A stretch of 62,447 nt of DNA, filler included, from an uncultured Methanosarcinales archaeon (lineage in GTDB: Archaea; Nanobdellota; Nanobdellia; Woesearchaeales; CAYSVS01): NCBI GenBank assembly GCA_964434475.1. It is 3 parts of 3 records of this genome, joined end to end, with 100 filler letters (N's around TTAATTAATTAA, not from the genome) between each part and the next. Parts side by side here need not be neighbours in the genome. Positions count along the whole stretch, not along the records: positions 30,623 to 62,447 come from CAYSVS010000010.1; 2 more parts are not named here. One strand, 5' to 3'. How positions within the stretch are numbered: position 1 is the first letter of the stretch; every line of letters begins with the position of its first letter. This document shows, piece by piece, positions 60,970-62,447 of the stretch. The translations under genes and the position numbers were made by a program. The notes under the pieces were generated by a model. It ran no database searches. It worked only from the letters and a program-made list of their open reading frames with translations, and was not told the DNA's origin.

Positions 60970-61447
60970 TTTTTGTGAAAAGATAAGGTTGAAAAAGGAT
61001 ATAATATACGAGGATGATGAGTTTGCAGCTATACTTAACAGAAGGGCTGCTATTCCTGGACATATATTAGTTATGCCCAAAAAGCATTTTACTATAATTG
61101 AACAGGTGCCTGATGAACTTATTGAAAAGACTATGGTTCTTGTGAACAAATTCTCAAGATTGCTGTTTAAGAAACTTGATGCAAAAGGAACAAACATAAT
61201 AATAAGGAACGGTCTTGATGCAGGCCAGGAAATACCTCATTTTTGTGTCCATATTATTCCAAGATATGAGGATGATGGTCTTAGGTTGGATTGGCAGTCT
61301 CAGCAGATAGAGCCAAATAGGATGAACAAATATCAGATGAAAATACATCAATATCTGAAATATATATCTGAAGATGATAAGGAACCAAAGACAAAGACAC
61401 GTATTCAGGTAAATTATCTCATGAAAAGCTTAACAAGAAGGCCCTGA
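60956..61447 (+). CDS. HIT-family protein (degenerate triad)
   Basis: CDFC, GHILVMPKKH, AGQEIPHFCVHIIPR. Confidence 0.88.
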   Translation: MRLCDFCEKIRLKKDIIYEDDEFAAILNRRAAIPGHILVMPKKHFTIIEQVPDELIEKTMVLVNKFSRLLFKKLDAKGTNIIIRNGLDAGQEIPHFCVHIIPRYEDDGLRLDWQSQQIEPNRMNKYQMKIHQYLKYISEDDKEPKTKTRIQVNYLMKSLTRRP

Positions 61448-61500
61448 ATAAATACAATATATGCAGAATATAGTTTAAGTATAAATATCTTATATATTTC

Positions 61501-61893
61501 TTGATGTTTATGGGGAAAGAGAAACAGTATCAAGAGATTGAAAAGCTTATACTGATGAGAGAGTGGATAGATGATAATTTTCCTCTTTGGTATAAGGATT
61601 ATGAGAATAACTTTATAGCAAAGGCCCATTCTTTAGGGTTAAATCCATATACTCTAAAAGCATGCAAAAGGGAATTTGAGTTAAGGTTTAATATTAATAA
61701 TGTTGAATGGAATCTTATCCACATACTTCTTCATTTTTCAGCAATGAGACAAGCTGGTATAAACGCTAGAAATATGGAAAATAAAAAAGTGGATGTAGAA
61801 GTTAAGACAACTGAAATTAAGACCCGAAAATATATAGAAAGGATGGTCTTATTGATGTGGGATATATTAGAAAATCAAGATAAAGAAAGATAA
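61501..61893 (+). CDS. Hypothetical protein
   Basis: About 130-aa ORF, no recognised motif. Confidence 0.6.
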   Translation: MMFMGKEKQYQEIEKLILMREWIDDNFPLWYKDYENNFIAKAHSLGLNPYTLKACKREFELRFNINNVEWNLIHILLHFSAMRQAGINARNMENKKVDVEVKTTEIKTRKYIERMVLLMWDILENQDKER

Positions 61894-61899
61894 TAAAAT

Positions 61900-62301
61900 T
61901 TACTCGTCCCTTACTTCTGCCATAGAACTGGTTCTGTGAATCTTTGCAAAATTAGGTGTAACGACAATCCAATCGTCTCCAAATCCTGCTATGTCGCCGT
62001 CTATAGCATCGGTTGTTTTCTTTAACTTGTTTATCGCTCTCTTTAGCTCGACAAGATCCTTGTCCTTTAAAGGTTTAATATTTATCAGAGCGATTGTTGT
62101 TCCATCCCTAAGAACATCTAAAATCTCTTTTATATCTTCAAAATCTTCAAGGTTAAAAGGTCTTACTATAACTTTTGAACCAGACTCTTTAGAAACATCA
62201 TGCTCCAATTGAACATATTCTTCTCCTTCAGGCATCTCGTGTTCTTCTTTAACGTTAAATTTACTGATTTTCTCTTTTATGTCCGAAAAAAATCCTGCCA
62301 T
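61900..62301 (-). CDS. sepF: Cell division protein SepF (archaeal type)
   Basis: SD AGGAGG; amphipathic MAGFFSDIKEKI; LRDGTTIALINI, LKRAINKLK, IDGDIAG..DDWIVVTP. Confidence 0.9.
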   Translation of the reverse strand: MAGFFSDIKEKISKFNVKEEHEMPEGEEYVQLEHDVSKESGSKVIVRPFNLEDFEDIKEILDVLRDGTTIALINIKPLKDKDLVELKRAINKLKKTTDAIDGDIAGFGDDWIVVTPNFAKIHRTSSMAEVRDE

Positions 62302-62393
62302 CTTAAATTCCCTCCTAAAAATTAATTCCCTCACAATGATTAAACTAATGAGAAGTAAACACCTATTTAAATCTTTTGTTTTAATTCTAAACA

Positions 62394-62440
62394 TGTACGA
62401 TTTGAAAATTCTTGCAATTTCTATATTTATTAATTTTGCA
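62394..62440. repeat. 47-bp inverted copy of positions 1-47
   Basis: TGTACGATTTGAAAATTCTTGCAATTTCTATATTTATTAATTTTGCA. Confidence 0.95.
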
Positions 62441-62447
62441 ATATTTT

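Noticed and set aside
1..62447. Linear replicon with terminal inverted repeats; CRISPR array; DGR or retron
   Set aside because: Content is chromosomal housekeeping; no regularly spaced repeats, cas genes or reverse transcriptase seen

Overview
AT-rich archaeal chromosomal scaffold, most consistent with a DPANN archaeon of the Woesearchaeales type (inferred from BRE/TATA promoters, BHB-intron tRNA, archease-RtcB, Rpp21, SepF, PRC-barrel protein, PGF-pre-PGF surface proteins). It has three 100-bp assembly gaps, two with an artificial TTAATTAATTAA linker, so adjacency across 22820-22919 and 30523-30622 is uncertain. The standout is a gap-free locus downstream of a two-intron tRNA-Trp (1.7-17.2 kb): a 1758-aa SecA homologue (SecA is normally bacterial/plastid), a membrane coiled-coil protein, a membrane-anchored Amidase_3 peptidoglycan amidase with intact Zn ligands, an 884-aa MinD/FlhG-like ATPase, a protein with three peptidoglycan-binding-like repeats, and a PKD surface protein. 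Three genes of this locus plus a distant paralogous surface-protein locus (37.2 kb) share a non-canonical promoter, CAGTWANNTTTAAATA. Together these suggest a co-regulated module for contacting or attacking bacteria (inference). Other notable items: a K+ channel coupled to a 7TM-DUF835-RCK fusion, a structured leader RNA before four micro-ORFs, an intron-less copy of the tRNA 5' end, two MNT-HEPN pairs (one with a nonsense stop), SelD, and a 47-bp inverted repeat at both window ends. All calls are by-eye motif recognition; no database searches were run.
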